A DNA stretch of 56,644 bases, counting the filler, from Sphacelaria rigidula (Eukaryota), in the NCBI GenBank assembly GCA_964200075.2. It is 3 parts of 3 records of this genome, joined end to end, with 100 filler letters (N's around TTAATTAATTAA, not from the genome) between each part and the next. Parts side by side here need not be neighbours in the genome. Positions count along the whole stretch, not along the records: positions 37,832 to 56,644 come from CAXNAA020000786.1; 2 more parts are not named here. The stretch is one strand, 5' to 3'. How positions within the stretch are numbered: the stretch's first letter is position 1; every line of letters begins with the position of its first letter. The translations under genes and the position numbers were made by a program. Below the pieces are notes generated by a model. It saw only the letters and a program-made list of their open reading frames with translations, searched no databases and was not told the DNA's origin. Shown in pieces: positions 37,832-50,649 of this stretch.

Positions 37832-38131
37832 CTCCACACTTTCAGCGATGGTGCCCGATGACTTTGTTGTCGGCCTAATGCTCCTCGATCGCGTAGATAC
37901 TTCTTCAGCGCATTTTACCGACTCTGTGAGAGCTCACAGCGCTGACCGAAACCGCTGTTTTCCCTGATATCACCTCCCCCCCCAAAAAAAAAGTAGAAAT
38001 GGCGGTTTTGGACAGCGCTGTAAGTTCACAGAGTCAATAGAATGCCCTGAAGAAGTATCTACGCGATCGAGGGGCATTAGGCCGACAAGAAAGTCATTGG
38101 GCACCATCGCTGAAAGTGTGGAGATAGTACT
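37832..38131. mobile_element. Foldback MITE (arms about 130 bp), left end lost in the gap
   Basis: ctccacactttcagcgatggtgccc... / ...gggcaccatcgctgaaagtgtggag. Confidence 0.82.
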
Positions 38132-38173
38132 GTTTTGGGCTCGAACATTTTATAGAGGTGTGTCTGTTGTCTG

Positions 38174-38438
38174 GAGTCATGCTACGATAGGGTAGGGGGG
38201 TATTTTGGGCCGTTCTTCGACGGAGTTCTACTTGAAAATGTTATTAATAGCAACAACTATTGTTCAAACGCGATTGCTTCCGGTAGATAACGCTCATCAT
38301 TTATACTGCTTGACACCGTTTTTACCTAAATATTTTAAACCAAAATACAAGCGCACCGCGCGTGTGTAGGTCGTTTGAAGCATTGATGAGCCCATTTTTT
38401 CGCGGAATCGAACATACCCCCCTATCGTAGCATGACCC
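38174..38438. mobile_element. GAGTCATG-family MITE
   Basis: gagtcatgctacgataggg ... ccctatcgtagcatgaccc with perfect 4-bp TSD tctg. Confidence 0.88.
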
Positions 38439-38650
38439 TCTGCTCTACGCATTCTTCTCTTCGACAAAGAGAAACCCACCGAAAGCTGCTTGGCCGATGG
38501 TGCTCCGATTTCATGGGTACTTGCGGTGAAGTAGTTGAAGCATCAATCGGTTGGCATTACAATGCAAACTCTACTACATGCACGCGTCCATTTATCGGAC
38601 GTCTAATAATACTGATACTGCTGCACTGCCCTTTTTTCACCGTCTGGCAG

Positions 38651-41600
38651 ACTATCACCGCCAATAGGACTTCCTTCGAGACGTTGGACGGATCCTCGTT
38701 CGACGACGGCATTGCTCGGAGCGTGAGTCTAGTACATCCTTGTAGTGTATTTGTGAAGGCATCGGCTTCGCAAGATACTCGAGGACATCGCACCTGGTGA
38801 TGTCGTGGCCGATGAGGAAAATACCAAAGCAGAATTACATAGCGATGATTTCATTACGTGCCTTCGTGTCCAATGGAGTAATGAGATGGAATCGATCCCA
38901 ATGGTTCTATCTACTGCGATGCAGCTTCGGCAGTTGTGGTCCTCGTCAAACATATTGCGTTTCATTGCGCGCCTTTGCTGTCAACAGGCCTGGCTGGGTG
39001 AACGACTCACACAGGAGGAGGATGAGATAGCACCCACTACCGTCAGCATGGTGTGGTCCGACCCGTGCGAAATCGAGGTAGGCTTGATGAAACGCTACGT
39101 CGTGGGAGTCGTGGACTCAAGTGGCCTGAAAATACTTTTGTGCGCGGTTTGCTTGGGTAACGGCGCACCATGGGCAGTCGTGTTGAAAGAGATGCGCAGA
39201 CGCACCCCCTGACAGTGCCAGCCAGGTGGCTCTGACCTTTCGTAGAAGGCTGAGGCACTCATCAGTCGCCGTTTGATCTGTAGAAGTGCTAGCTATAAAT
39301 GAACTGATTTGCCAACGCCTCAAGTGATAGGAGCACGCCTTATTCTGCTCTCTTATCATGGTCTGTGTGCGAGTGTTGTGCCCGTGCAATATCGGACAGA
39401 CATGGTATAAAAAAGGGTCTTGGGTCAACCCCCCAGTGTTGCTCGTCAACTTACAACCCGCCCTGTTGCAATGACGCTCCTTCCAGACTTTCTCTCTCAA
39501 GATAACGTCCTTCAAGACCGACGGAACCACCGTCGTGATCAGATCCATCCCTTGCTCGGAAGAGGGGGGTATCGACACCTGCCTGGTCACGGTGAGTGAC
39601 GCGATGATAAGTGAGGAGGCGAAAAGAATCATGCTATAATAGGCGGGGGGGGGGTATTTTGGGCCATTTCTTCCGCGAAATTCCGCTTCAAATCGTCGTT
39701 GAAAGCAGCAGCGGTCGTTCGAACGCGCGTGTTACTGGTAAGTGGCGCTCACTGACACTGATTAACCTCATGCAAGTTCCCCGGGGGTGTGTTCGGTCGT
39801 CTAAGACATCTGTGAGCCCTTTTTGTCGTGGGAGCAAACACCCCCCACCGTATCGTAGCGCGGCTTAAAAATGGATATTTCGTGGTTCCTGATGTAGAAG
39901 AATTCGTCAGTGCGATGTCACAGAAAACGCTGATCTTATTTCTCTCTTACACCACCCATTCACTCGACAATGTCTTTGCGCACTGAACGATGTATAGGTC
40001 ACCACTGAGTTCCAGGACGGCGACGGTTTGATCGCTTTTACCACGGGTGCTGCTCGTCGCAAGCTGCGCTCGGAAACCCGCAAACTACAGGAGGAGCCCA
40101 TCACCGTAAGTGCGCTGGGCAAAGGATGCAGCTTTGCAAAATACGCCTTCACCCCCGCCCGCTGCTCGGTCACAGAATAAGCATGCTTTGAGTATGCTAC
40201 GTGTTAGTAAAGCGGTTGATTTGATGGAAGCTGATTTTTCCTAGAATGATTCGCTGCAAAGACGGTAGAATCGCGAAATGTTCTCGGCTTCCAAAACACC
40301 CGTTTGATCTCCCGATGTTCCCCTGCTACCATTCTTGCTGGACTTCCAAAACACTACAACGAACGCCGGAAACTGGAGCAGTTGGCTGCGATGTTCCTGT
40401 ACACCGATGGCGCGAGGGCTCAGTTGGGCGATGTCAGCCCTCTTCACATGGCTTCTGCCATCATGGGCAGCGTGTTTTCAACCAACGCGGCATTTGAAAA
40501 CTCGGAAATCCCGCTTTTAGTCCTTCCCTCCTACATTGGTGTGGTGAGCCTTTGAATGCAATGCACGCTTGAACGACTTTCGGGGTAGTGGCGGCGACGC
40601 AAGGGGAGAACGCACGTAGACCTTCGGGTTCCTTCTTGTGACCAATTGCGTCCATCATATGGGCTTGCCACGCGAGTTCCGATTCAGAAAGTCGTCCTGT
40701 ACACTTCGATAAATATGACTCGTCGATCTTTACAGTGTCCTCTACCTGTGGAAGCCTACTACATATCTGTACGAATACATGCATTTTGTTCATGCTAAGG
40801 TGTCGGAGCCGATCGCCTGAGTTCCGGAGGGGAAGAAGCAACTGTGAGCATTCTCGAGGAGCGATATCCACTACCTACAGCGCTAGGAGTCGCTAGCGTG
40901 TTTTCTTCGTTTCCGCGATATATATGATGTATATTTACTTTTGCATGCGTACATCCTGTCAAGACTACCACGGGGTGTACTCGGGTTGCTCACGCGTTAG
41001 CCTCGGTACCGTCGGTTACTATGGCGTATTGTATTATGTATATATACATATGTGTGTAAAGAGCTCTCTCTCTATATACACATATATCATATCATATATA
41101 TATATGTATATATGCCAAACCTTTTCCCTCGTCATGGCGCCCTGCTCCTCTACTTTCGGCACCCACTACAGGCACCCATTACTGAAAATCCCGACGATGC
41201 CGTCGAATCGGTGATCAGCCTTCAGGGAAACGAGGATGTGCGCGCGCTTCGCGATACGTACGAAGCGGACTTGGTGCAACTTGTTGCAGGCTTCACCGGC
41301 TGCGGCGCTGCGTGAGTACAGAAGTTGATGAATCAATGACGCGGCGTGACACGTAGGCAGAGTTGAAAGGTGATGAAGCATAATTTCAGAGTTTCGAAAA
41401 AAATGTAGTCAGCAATAAGTGTGGTAATAGATATCTCCACCATGTCCCGAAACACTCAGTGTGACCTCGATAACATATTATTGAAGAGTCTAAATGCTTA
41501 CCTAGTAAATTTTGACATCAGAACGAGCGTCCATTTCTCTCTGTCCCAAGTACTGCTCTGAAGGATGGTGGTATTGATCCAAGGCAGAGACGATTGTGGC

Positions 41601-44600
41601 CATTTTCGTCACCGGAGTTTGTGGACGAAGGCGAATATTCGCAACAACGTGGCTGAGATGCTGAAAGGACCCTACGTGGCATCACTTGACCCAATTTTCG
41701 TGGTCCGCTGCATTTGCAGATCAACAAGTGCTTGAAGACACAGCTGCCGTAGTCCAAACCCTCCCAGCCTCCCTCTTTCCGAATGTCTGGATCTTTGTTG
41801 CTTTAATACCAAATTGTCGAGTATCCCTTGCACTTTTGGCCATCAGACAGACGTGTCGCGCTGCGTCACCCTCCCCTCACCTGATCCTTCCAGGTACCCG
41901 TACAACGGAGAGGCTGACAACGGATTTTCCGCCGTGAGCCCGTCGTGCTTCGAGGGTTTGTGGCAATCATGGATGTTCGCCGTCAACCTTGGCTGCTTCG
42001 AATCCGACGGCTACCGGTCTTGCGACTCTGCAGCGCCGTGAGTTTATGTGTGGCTGTCTACGAACTTTGCTTCTTCTGACGCACATAAATAACTTCGCCA
42101 TGCGATGTACAAGGCGCTGGGAGTTCGCTGCAGTAGACACCGGGAGGGTTTGAACAGATAACATTCAACATGGCCTGGCTTAGATTTTCCCCCAAGTACT
42201 ATAGTGTAATGCGTGGGAGGGCCGCGAGCTTAGAGGACCGCGTCGTAGTTCCAAACACCTCAGGATCGACATTTTCCGAGACCAATCGGGCCATTCCCTG
42301 CAGGGACCACGCCCCCGACCCTACCCCCAACACTATAACCCTAACCCTAACCCTAACCCTAACTATAGCGATGTTTAAATTCGGATGCAATCCTCTATGC
42401 ACGCGGTTCTCCAAGCACGTGGTCCTCCCACGTATTACAGTAGAACCTGCACCGGAAGATCCAAGCTAGTAGATATTGAAAGGCTTGCTGAGCTTCACCG
42501 AAGCGTAGCTCGCCAATATACAGGGAAAATTTTGGCGCGGGTGGTTGTGAGCTACTACTGCAAACCTGCACCGCGGGTTTTGTGAACGGGAAAGTTCGGG
42601 CCGAGATATAATGTCACTGTGTTTCAATTCGACTGCCGCAAACCATCAACAGGAATACCGCTGTTTTAAACAACAGTGAGGCGCGTAGCGTCCTATCCAC
42701 TGCAGCTTCGCAATTGATTGGTGACTGCTGTCACAGCAACATGGTTTCAGTGGAGGATTGTCCTTGCTGTATTGCGTGGAAGGACTGCGTGCTTGGGGGA
42801 CCGCGTCGTAGTTCCAAATACCTCATGATCGACATTTTTCAAAACCATTCGGGCCAGTCCCTGCAGGGACCATGCCCCTGACCCCAACCCCAACACTAAC
42901 CCTCACCCTCACCCTAACCATAGGGATGTTCAAATTCCGATGCGGTTCCCTCAGTCCTCGCCCTCCCACACATAGCACTCGCTATGCCAGTATATTCCTA
43001 TCGAAGATGACAGCAGTCTGATGAACGAACCCACGTTCATTCCCGGCCGTTTCCCAGTTTCTTCCGGCTGACTTATTCGGTTGGTTCTAATACATGAATC
43101 AGGTTCAGCACAATCATGGGCTTGTACTGCCCGGATCTAGGATCGAGCGGGAGGATCAACCACTTCGCCAACCCCAATGTGCTCTTTGAGGGCGAGCCAA
43201 CCGGCACTGCGACTCAAAACTGCGCGCAGATCATCATCGACAACATGGTGTGTGGAAGGTCATTTTTGCCGGCGGCGAAATCACATTAGTTTATCATCTG
43301 TACGGCTTCAGCATAGTCTTGAGAGTATCGGCTCGCGTTGCTACTCTTTCGCATTCCGCGGTAAAATCGAGCGCATGTATTTATTGCACTTTGTTCACGA
43401 ATGCGAAGTCTATGCTACCCCGTCGGTAACTGACGTTGCGCAAACAAAGGTAGAGTCCCACACGAAGCGATTTACAGATAGTTTTCGCCACCAATAAATA
43501 TTTCTCGCCCGCCGCCGCAAAGGATGGCCCCGCAGGGAAGCCAGACTGAAACAAAATAGCTCCGGTATTTTGTTGCTTGAGCGACGCTCGACGTTCTCAG
43601 GGGGAAAAGGGATATGGGGGACGGTTCCACATCTGCGGTACGTACTTTCGTTGTAACAGGTGGCCCTCCCTCGAGATTCAACGACCTCATTTGCACTTTG
43701 CTACACCCCGTGTTGAGGCATGCTGTCTGTTTCCCCCCCATATTTGCAGAATCTTCTTGTGTATGTACAGAGCATCCCCGGACAAATCTCACCCTTGCCT
43801 TAAATCTACCCTGTGAAATGTCTCGAATGCAAGAAGGCTTTGAAAAGCCCACCTCACACGCCTGTCTCGTCGCCCAAACGTGTGTCCGAAATCCAACACA
43901 GGCTACCGTCGAGACATATCAGCCTATCGTGGACGATGAATTCTACACTTCGGAGGGATGCTTTGCTGACAGCGTCGCCAACCGTGTGCTGCCTGGAGCA
44001 TCTTTCACTGATAGCGCCATGACCACAGATGTGCGTAGCAATAATCTGTGACAGACGCAAAATATGTCGGCGAGTTACAATCGTGGACCCTCAGTGAATT
44101 GAGCTCTTCTGAATGGGTTGTTGGCATTACCGTCCTATCTTCGATGCGTTCGGGTGAAGATCAATTGTAGATGGAAGAAAAGAAGCGCCAGGCCTTGGTT
44201 ATCTTGCTTCCACTACCGCCTCACACTCTCGCCCGTCGCTTCACCGTTTCCTCTCCGTTTCAGGATTGCGCCAGCTTCTGCACTGGATATGCCTATTTCG
44301 GAACGGAGTTCGGCGTTGAGGTGCGTTCCATCAATGTGAAGGTTGTCGGGGAAGCGCAGTAGGTCCACTACCCTGTAGTAATGTATCCTTGTCGTGAATC
44401 TTGGGAAGACAGTAGCTGGAGTAGCTCTGGGATTTGTGTACCATACTAAAAATCCATCACTAACTTGATCCCTTTCGAATTAGGTAAATACATATACCAC
44501 GAGCCGCCGCCCCGGTGGTCAAATGGAACATCTAAAACTGTTACGTCGGAAAAACGTGGGTTCGGATCCCTCCAAATACGTTTAGTATCTGGTTCCCGGA

Positions 44601-46834
44601 GTTGAGAGCATGAGCACGCGAGTAGCAACAGTCGTTTCTTTCGCCGAGTTTGAGGAAAGTTGACGCGTTGTGATAGTAGAATGCATGGTGGGTACCTTGA
44701 GAGAGATGGGTTGATCCCTTCAGAGGACAGACTTGTCCGGGAAGGGGGTGGATAAGAGGCGGGACGAAGACAACAAAAAGTTACCAATAATGAACGCATC
44801 ATTCCCCTCAACTATAGGTCTTCCCGTTCACTCCAGCTAGGGGCGGTGGAACGCTGTGATGGGCCTGACACAATCGGTTTTGTTGGCGCTTTTCCTATTG
44901 ATCCGCGTCTTCCTCACTACTCCTCTGCCCCGCTTCGAACATGCCGGTCGTGTCTGCAATCGCTCTTTTGCAGTGTTTCTGTGGCTGGGAGCTCCCGTCC
45001 ACAACGAGTGATAGCTGCACTTTCGAATGCGGTGGAGCACCGGAGGAAATTTGTGGTGGGAGCAATGCAATCAGCGTTTACTCCTTCAACACGGATTTAA
45101 ATGTCCTCGGATGCGTCGCCGACACGTTCGCAGACCGCATTTTCGAGCCGGTTCTTTTCGACGATAGCATGACCACTGAGGTAAGGCAGACCGCTGAACT
45201 TTACACTACAGCGTTATTTGCTTGTTGTGACACACACATAGGATCGGTTTTCTAGTTTGTGGTGGAAGGCAGGCTACTGTACTGACCTGGCGTTCTCGGA
45301 AAGAAATACGCTCCAAAGACGGTTTATCGTCAAGTTGATGGATATACGCTATTTCTTCGCCTCACACAAGTGACCCCGGTTATGATAAACACCATCTTCA
45401 GTCATTCAGAATCAAATATTTCCTTTAGGCCCAAATTTCCGTGATTTTTAGGGCGCCGACCAAGTCGTCTCCAGGCGTTGTCGATATTTTGGGTGAAAGT
45501 GACGTTGTGTCGACATTGAGTGAAGTGGTTCCTGTACGGAGTATGGCCAGTTTGCGTATAGGTTTACAAGACGTGTGATAGTAAGTTACATGTGTACGCC
45601 CAGAATATGCAGGATCCCACGTGGGCGAGATCGCATAACACGAGTACCGCACACTTTATACGAGTCATGGTACGATTGGGGGGGGGGGGGGGGGGGGGGT
45701 TTTTGGGGGTTTTCTTCCCCAAAAGTTTCTNNNNNNNNNNGACGGTTGGGTGTGTGGGTGGGTGGGGGGGGGGGGGGGGGGGGGGGGGGGTATTTTTGGC
45801 CGTTTTCTTCCACTAAAGTTTCTTCCACTAAATTCTACTTCCATCTCGTCAGAAGTAGCCAACGGTTGTTAGAACGCGCTTGCTCCCGATCAATATCGCT
45901 CATCCATACTGCTTGACACCGCTCACACTCAAATACAAGGGCACCGCGAGTGTTTTAGGACGTTTGACGCACTTATGAGCCCATTTTTTCGTGGAATCAA
46001 ACGCTCCCCCCGCCCCCTCCCCCCATCGTAGCATGACTCAGACGACCACGTTCGTTTCCCAGGTGAAGGGGTTGATCCTGAAGATGCGGCCTGCATCGCA
46101 CGCATCTTGCTCCGTTAAGACACATCAGTCAGCTCATCCGTACCGTTCCACACTCCTGTACCCTCTTCCTTTCCGTCCGCTGCGCTCGCTTTCAGCTGTG
46201 CGCGGAGGAGTGCACCGGGTTTACCTACTACGGCACTCAGTTTGGAAGAGAGGCAAGTACATACAGACCGAGTGACGTGAAGGCCATCGCCATCTAATAT
46301 CCAAAGTGAAACGCTGTTCCACCGAGCTCTTAGGGTGTTTTACGACGAGGCATACATGTAAACACGGCGCTTGCTTCGGATGGTAGTGCTACCAACCTAC
46401 CAGGTTAACCTCGTCATCGATGCACACATACCAAGTTGCTCAACGATGGTAGTGGTTCCTAGCCGACTGAAACCCAGAGTAAAGGAAAGCACGCGTCAAT
46501 TTATTTTTCACGTAATAGGGTTGCTCCCGCGTCCTAGGTGGCTCGCGAATTGAATATATACGATCATGATGCTTCGATAGTGCTTCCCATGTGCAATGCC
46601 GGTACAGCTGAAGGTTCGTTCCCGAAAGCATTTGCGATCGACATACTTGCTAGACAAACACCCTTATCGCATATTTTCTGCGCTCGCGGTTCCACGCCAT
46701 CCACACAGTGCTGGTGCGGTGATGACGAAGACTATGCTCGCCACGGCTCCTCGGGCAACTGCGTCATGACTTGCGCCGGAGACAGCAATCAGATCTGTGG
46801 TGGCCCCCTAGCGATGAATGTGTATGAATACTAA
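38651..46834 (+). CDS. Propeptide + reprolysin/peptidyl-Asp-metallopeptidase-like domain (zinc motif lost) + 2 WSC domains; at least 13 exons, 5' end not located
   Basis: Exons 38651-38722, 38988-39077, 39487-39591, 39998-40105, 40382-40543, 41172-41311, 41894-42037, 43103-43247, 43902-44030, 44264-44320, 44974-45180, 46196-46252, 46709-46834 splice in frame without stops. Motifs: RKLQ; MFLYT..NAAFENSEI; VRALRDTYEADLVQL..CG; Met-turn FSTIMG; RINHFANP; WSC GCFADS..R..MTT.C..C.GY.YFGTEFG.ECFCG..C...CGG..EICGG..ISVY (twice). Confidence 0.9.
39626..39866. mobile_element. GAGTCATG-family MITE in an intron
   Basis: gaatcatgctataatagg ... tatcgtagcgcggctt, TSD aaaa. Confidence 0.82.
42230..42950. 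repeat. Two copies (about 42230-42390 and 42795-42950) of a ~155-bp element with internal (CCCTAA)n
   Basis: Both read ggaccgcgtcgtagttccaaa.acctca...ccctgcagggacca...ccctaaccct...gatgtt.aaattc.gatgc. The second ends gcggttccc, forming an imperfect TIR. Confidence 0.82.
45662..46039. mobile_element. GAGTCATG-family MITE in an intron (contains an N gap and a probable assembly duplication)
   Basis: gagtcatggtacgattggggg ... cccccatcgtagcatgactc, TSD atac/agac. Confidence 0.82.
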
Positions 46835-47827
46835 GTGAAGAAAGTGCTGGGTTTGTCTGAATGGCCATTGAGTTTCCTTCTCAGCCAACTCCCAATATAC
46901 ATATCTGTACACATGGTTGTACAACTAGAGATTTCGAGGCTTCCATGATGGCCAACGCAGATTCGGTTTCTTAGAACGGAAGTGAGTGTAGCGAGGAGTA
47001 AGTGCGCCCCTCTGGTGCGTTCGTTGCGATGATGTGGGGTAGATGTCGACCTTATCGGAAACTGGCACGGTTAGAATTTTCTCCGGCAGGGTTCTCGGAG
47101 CGCATGAAGTCTCCAAGCATTGGGCCCGTGTACGATGACAGGAACGGCATAGTAGTATTGGCTGGTGTGATGCGATGCCTTGGGCAGTATACAAAGACAT
47201 GGCTTGTTGTAGAGAAAGGATGAGTAGGGTGCTGTGTATTCTCCTCATATGGTACCGCCGTTTCTTCGCATTCCCGTGATGCGTTGAGTATTGCCCGCAA
47301 GCACTGCACGACCGATTTTTTAAGGGCGGTACAGCGCAACTGCAAGATTCGTAAGAACGACCGGCATATATTCTGGCCACTCAGTTTTCGATTTTGTGGC
47401 TGTTATCATTCGCCGTGATTGATGTTGCTTGTAGTTTTGTGTGGTTTTCGTATGCAAATATGGACGAGAATAGTATATAAGGAGAGGAAAGCGGAGACGA
47501 TCATTTCGGGCGGGGGCTTCCTCGTCGCTTGTTTCATATATCAACGGCTTGAGGCGGTGGTAAAACAGTGTGTGTCATGAAGTTGAAAGTCGCTAGTCTC
47601 CATGCCTTCGCAGGCCCGTGGATTCGGTACTTGAATTTTTTTCTAGAATAATATGTGGAATATTGCAGATCTGATCGTGCTTGGTCAGGCGAGCGTGATG
47701 TACACTTGAAAATTTGTCAAAAATAATAGGATGTGAGAATTGCAGATTTTATCGGGCTTGATCAGGCGAGTGTTGTGTACGCTCTGTCGAACTGGGGTTA
47801 GCATTTTTGTTCTCGCTTGCTCCTCTG

Positions 47828-48095
47828 CGTTTAGGAACTCTCCTGCCATTGGTGAGATACGCATGAAAGAGTGCGGGCTGAGCTTGACGTTTAGGAACTC
47901 TCCTGCCATTGGTGAGATACGCATGAAAGAGTGCGGGCTGAGCTTGAACTAGGGCGAATAGTAAAGCCCATATATTCGACGGGCATAACCTACCGCGTGG
48001 ACGCCGTTGGTGAGATACGCATGAAAGAGTGCGGACTGAGCTTGGACTACGGCGAATAGTCAAGCCCATACATTCGAGGGGCATAAACTACCGCT
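47828..48095. repeat. Perfect 60-bp tandem duplication plus a third overlapping partial copy
   Basis: cgtttaggaactctcctgccattggtgagatacgcatgaaagagtgcgggctgagcttga twice, then ttggtgagatacgcatgaaagagtgcggactgagcttg near 48007. Confidence 0.9.
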
Positions 48096-50649
48096 TGAAC
48101 TGAAGATGTCTTGCTCAGCGTGTCGCCTATACACCCAGCATGACCTCGTTACATATTATGTCGTATGCCTATACACGCCGCATGACCCCATTGCATATAC
48201 CGCATGGCTCTTCTGCAATGGATCATTCATTCGGATACCGTCTGGGACCAGTGTCGCGGAGTTGCAAGGGAATCTGCAGCTTTTGTGTTCTCTGATTTAC
48301 AGATAAATATGACTCACCCGTATTCATGTGTCCACCGATAGTGTATCCCATCACCGCTTCTCGTCGAAAACAATTCTATGTAGTACAGGTATACCATAAA
48401 ATAGAGACGCCGAAAAGGTTGGGTCTATCCCGTACGACGGTTGTTCAAACCATGCGCTCGAGTCCCGCAGAACAGCAAAGCGTTGGTGAAGACACCAAGG
48501 AGGGGCTCAGCAGGCAAAGAGATAACTATCACGTATATCGCAGAAAATAATGGCTGGTATAACAGCAGTAGGTTGTTTGTAGCTTCGTGACCCCGTGAGA
48601 GGATGGGGTGCAGACTCGACTCAGATAGTCGATCAATGGACACGACTGCGATAGTCGATCAATGGACACGGCTGACTGCCGATCAAGATGAGGTAGAAAT
48701 GTATATAAAGCTTTGTTGATGAAGAGGGAAGGAAGGGGAGTGGGCCCAGTAGGCGCCAAAGTCTCAAGATGTGACAAGCACCACTCACGTATGTCTAGTC
48801 GCCAACATCACAACATAAAGTCATCCCGCGTAGTACCCGGAACTCAAAACAGGTATGCCACTAGACCATTGTACCTTATCCCGACAAGGTGTATCTTACT
48901 GACCACCCCGGGCCATCCTACGAACATCCCGCCCCTCCGCCCCGACGGCTTGACACCATCAATGTCCGCAGACATGGCAGCAAACGTTGTACCCAGATTT
49001 ATATCCAGATAAGAAGAGCGACACCCTCACCCCCCTTCCCCATCCGCTCCTGCAAGTCGACCGATAGGGGTTGGTTGTTTCTGGAGAAAGTTGGTGAGAA
49101 CGAAAGTCTCCCTGGTTCATGATCATCATGTCCCGCTCCCTGCCGCCTAAACTATTCAACGATTCAGACGACGAAGCGAAGAAGGATCAAGATAGCGACA
49201 TCGACAGAGAGACCAGCGCAAGATAACGAGACGAGCGGGCCAAACATGGCGACTAGAAGTCCTCTGCTCGTTCCTCGGATTCCGGCGGCGGCAAGGAAGA
49301 GAGATCCCCGACTGGATCGGGGGAGTGATAAGCGAAAACGCGCTCAGTTGCCGAGACCTTGCCGGGGATATATTTATTCGGGTTCCGAATGCATTAATTT
49401 CACAGTGAGATCTATCTGAATGGGTATTCGAGTTTGATGGGGAGAATAGATGCATGGTGGTGCGCTCTACAGGCGATGCGTTGCAGTATGCGGCTCGCTT
49501 CGTACGCATTTTGGCGGAGGAATTGACGGCGGACTTTCGCTCCTATATTATACAAAGAGCAATCAACACATCTAGTGGTCTACTCACCTTGGTGGAGTGA
49601 CCTCGGCGGTAGTTTGTCCTTCAGCCGTTCTACAGTCATATCTAACGAGTGGTGCTCACCACGTGCTAGTGTCAGCCGTGTCCGGGTTCTCTCTGCGAAG
49701 TAGCTAACGCTGGCGGTTGCGCAACTGGTCTTCCCCTCCTGCTGTCCCGCATATTCCCGCTGTAACAGTGAAGGTGGAGGGGGCTTGCTTGTCGTCGAAC
49801 ACGCGCGACTTTCGTGCTGTTATGTATTGATGTACTGTACTGTCTGATCTGCCCTGCCCGCAACAAAAATGCTTGTGAAAACACTGTTCGTATCAGCTGC
49901 GTGTGGGGCTGCTGTTTTATACCCGCCCGTGGATGCTCTGTCGCAAACTCTCATGAACATGGCACAGCATACCTGGCCCCACATAAAAGTACGGGTGTGC
50001 CAAGCGTCACGGGAATACTGCCCGTGCCTTTCCTAGGTCTTCGCCTGGTCCAAGCCGTAGCCATCGATGATTGTTTGCGTCATACTCGTACGTACCTGTC
50101 TACGGCTTCGCTCAGACCCGGTATCCTTAGAGGCACAGGGGCCGGTGTCTGCTGAAGGTTGTTTCTTCGAATGTTTTTCTCTTGCTCTGTGGGAACTCTG
50201 TGCTGTTGTTTACCGTGGAGCATGCCGTGTTGGATACAGCGCGACAACGACATGCGTGCGTGAGTATCGATGAGCAAGATGGTTATGGACAGCTCGGTAG
50301 ATCATGGTCCATCTGCGAACCGGTTCGAGCGCCTTTTACCGGCGAACAGTTTTGAAGCGAAGCGACACGCGACGGCGTGGGGTGGGTTATGCAACCCGTA
50401 AAAAGCTGAAGCAAGCATGAACACTGACGCAGAAGAGTTGAGGTCAGAGATAATGAGTATACTTTCCCGTGAGCAATTTCGGGATCATTTTCAGATACAG
50501 CCCCGGTAGCACTAAAATTTTCCCCAAAACGGCCATCTGATAGCCAATGAGGCGCATGAGACGACACCAGAAGGTATCGTACACGAGGAGGATTTTAAAT
50601 ACCCCGAATACAGGGGATGTAGCTAAAACCTCCGTATGCGGGGATTCAG

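Noticed and set aside
42338-42363. Chromosome end or fusion scar
   Set aside because: Only four units, embedded in a small repeated element inside an intron.
45575-45916. Poly-Gly / poly-Pro ORFs
   Set aside because: G homopolymers of a MITE TIR around an N gap.
48550-49520. Possible DIRS/gag-like remnant (charged, stop-ridden frame)
   Set aside because: No diagnostic motif or terminal repeat could be identified.
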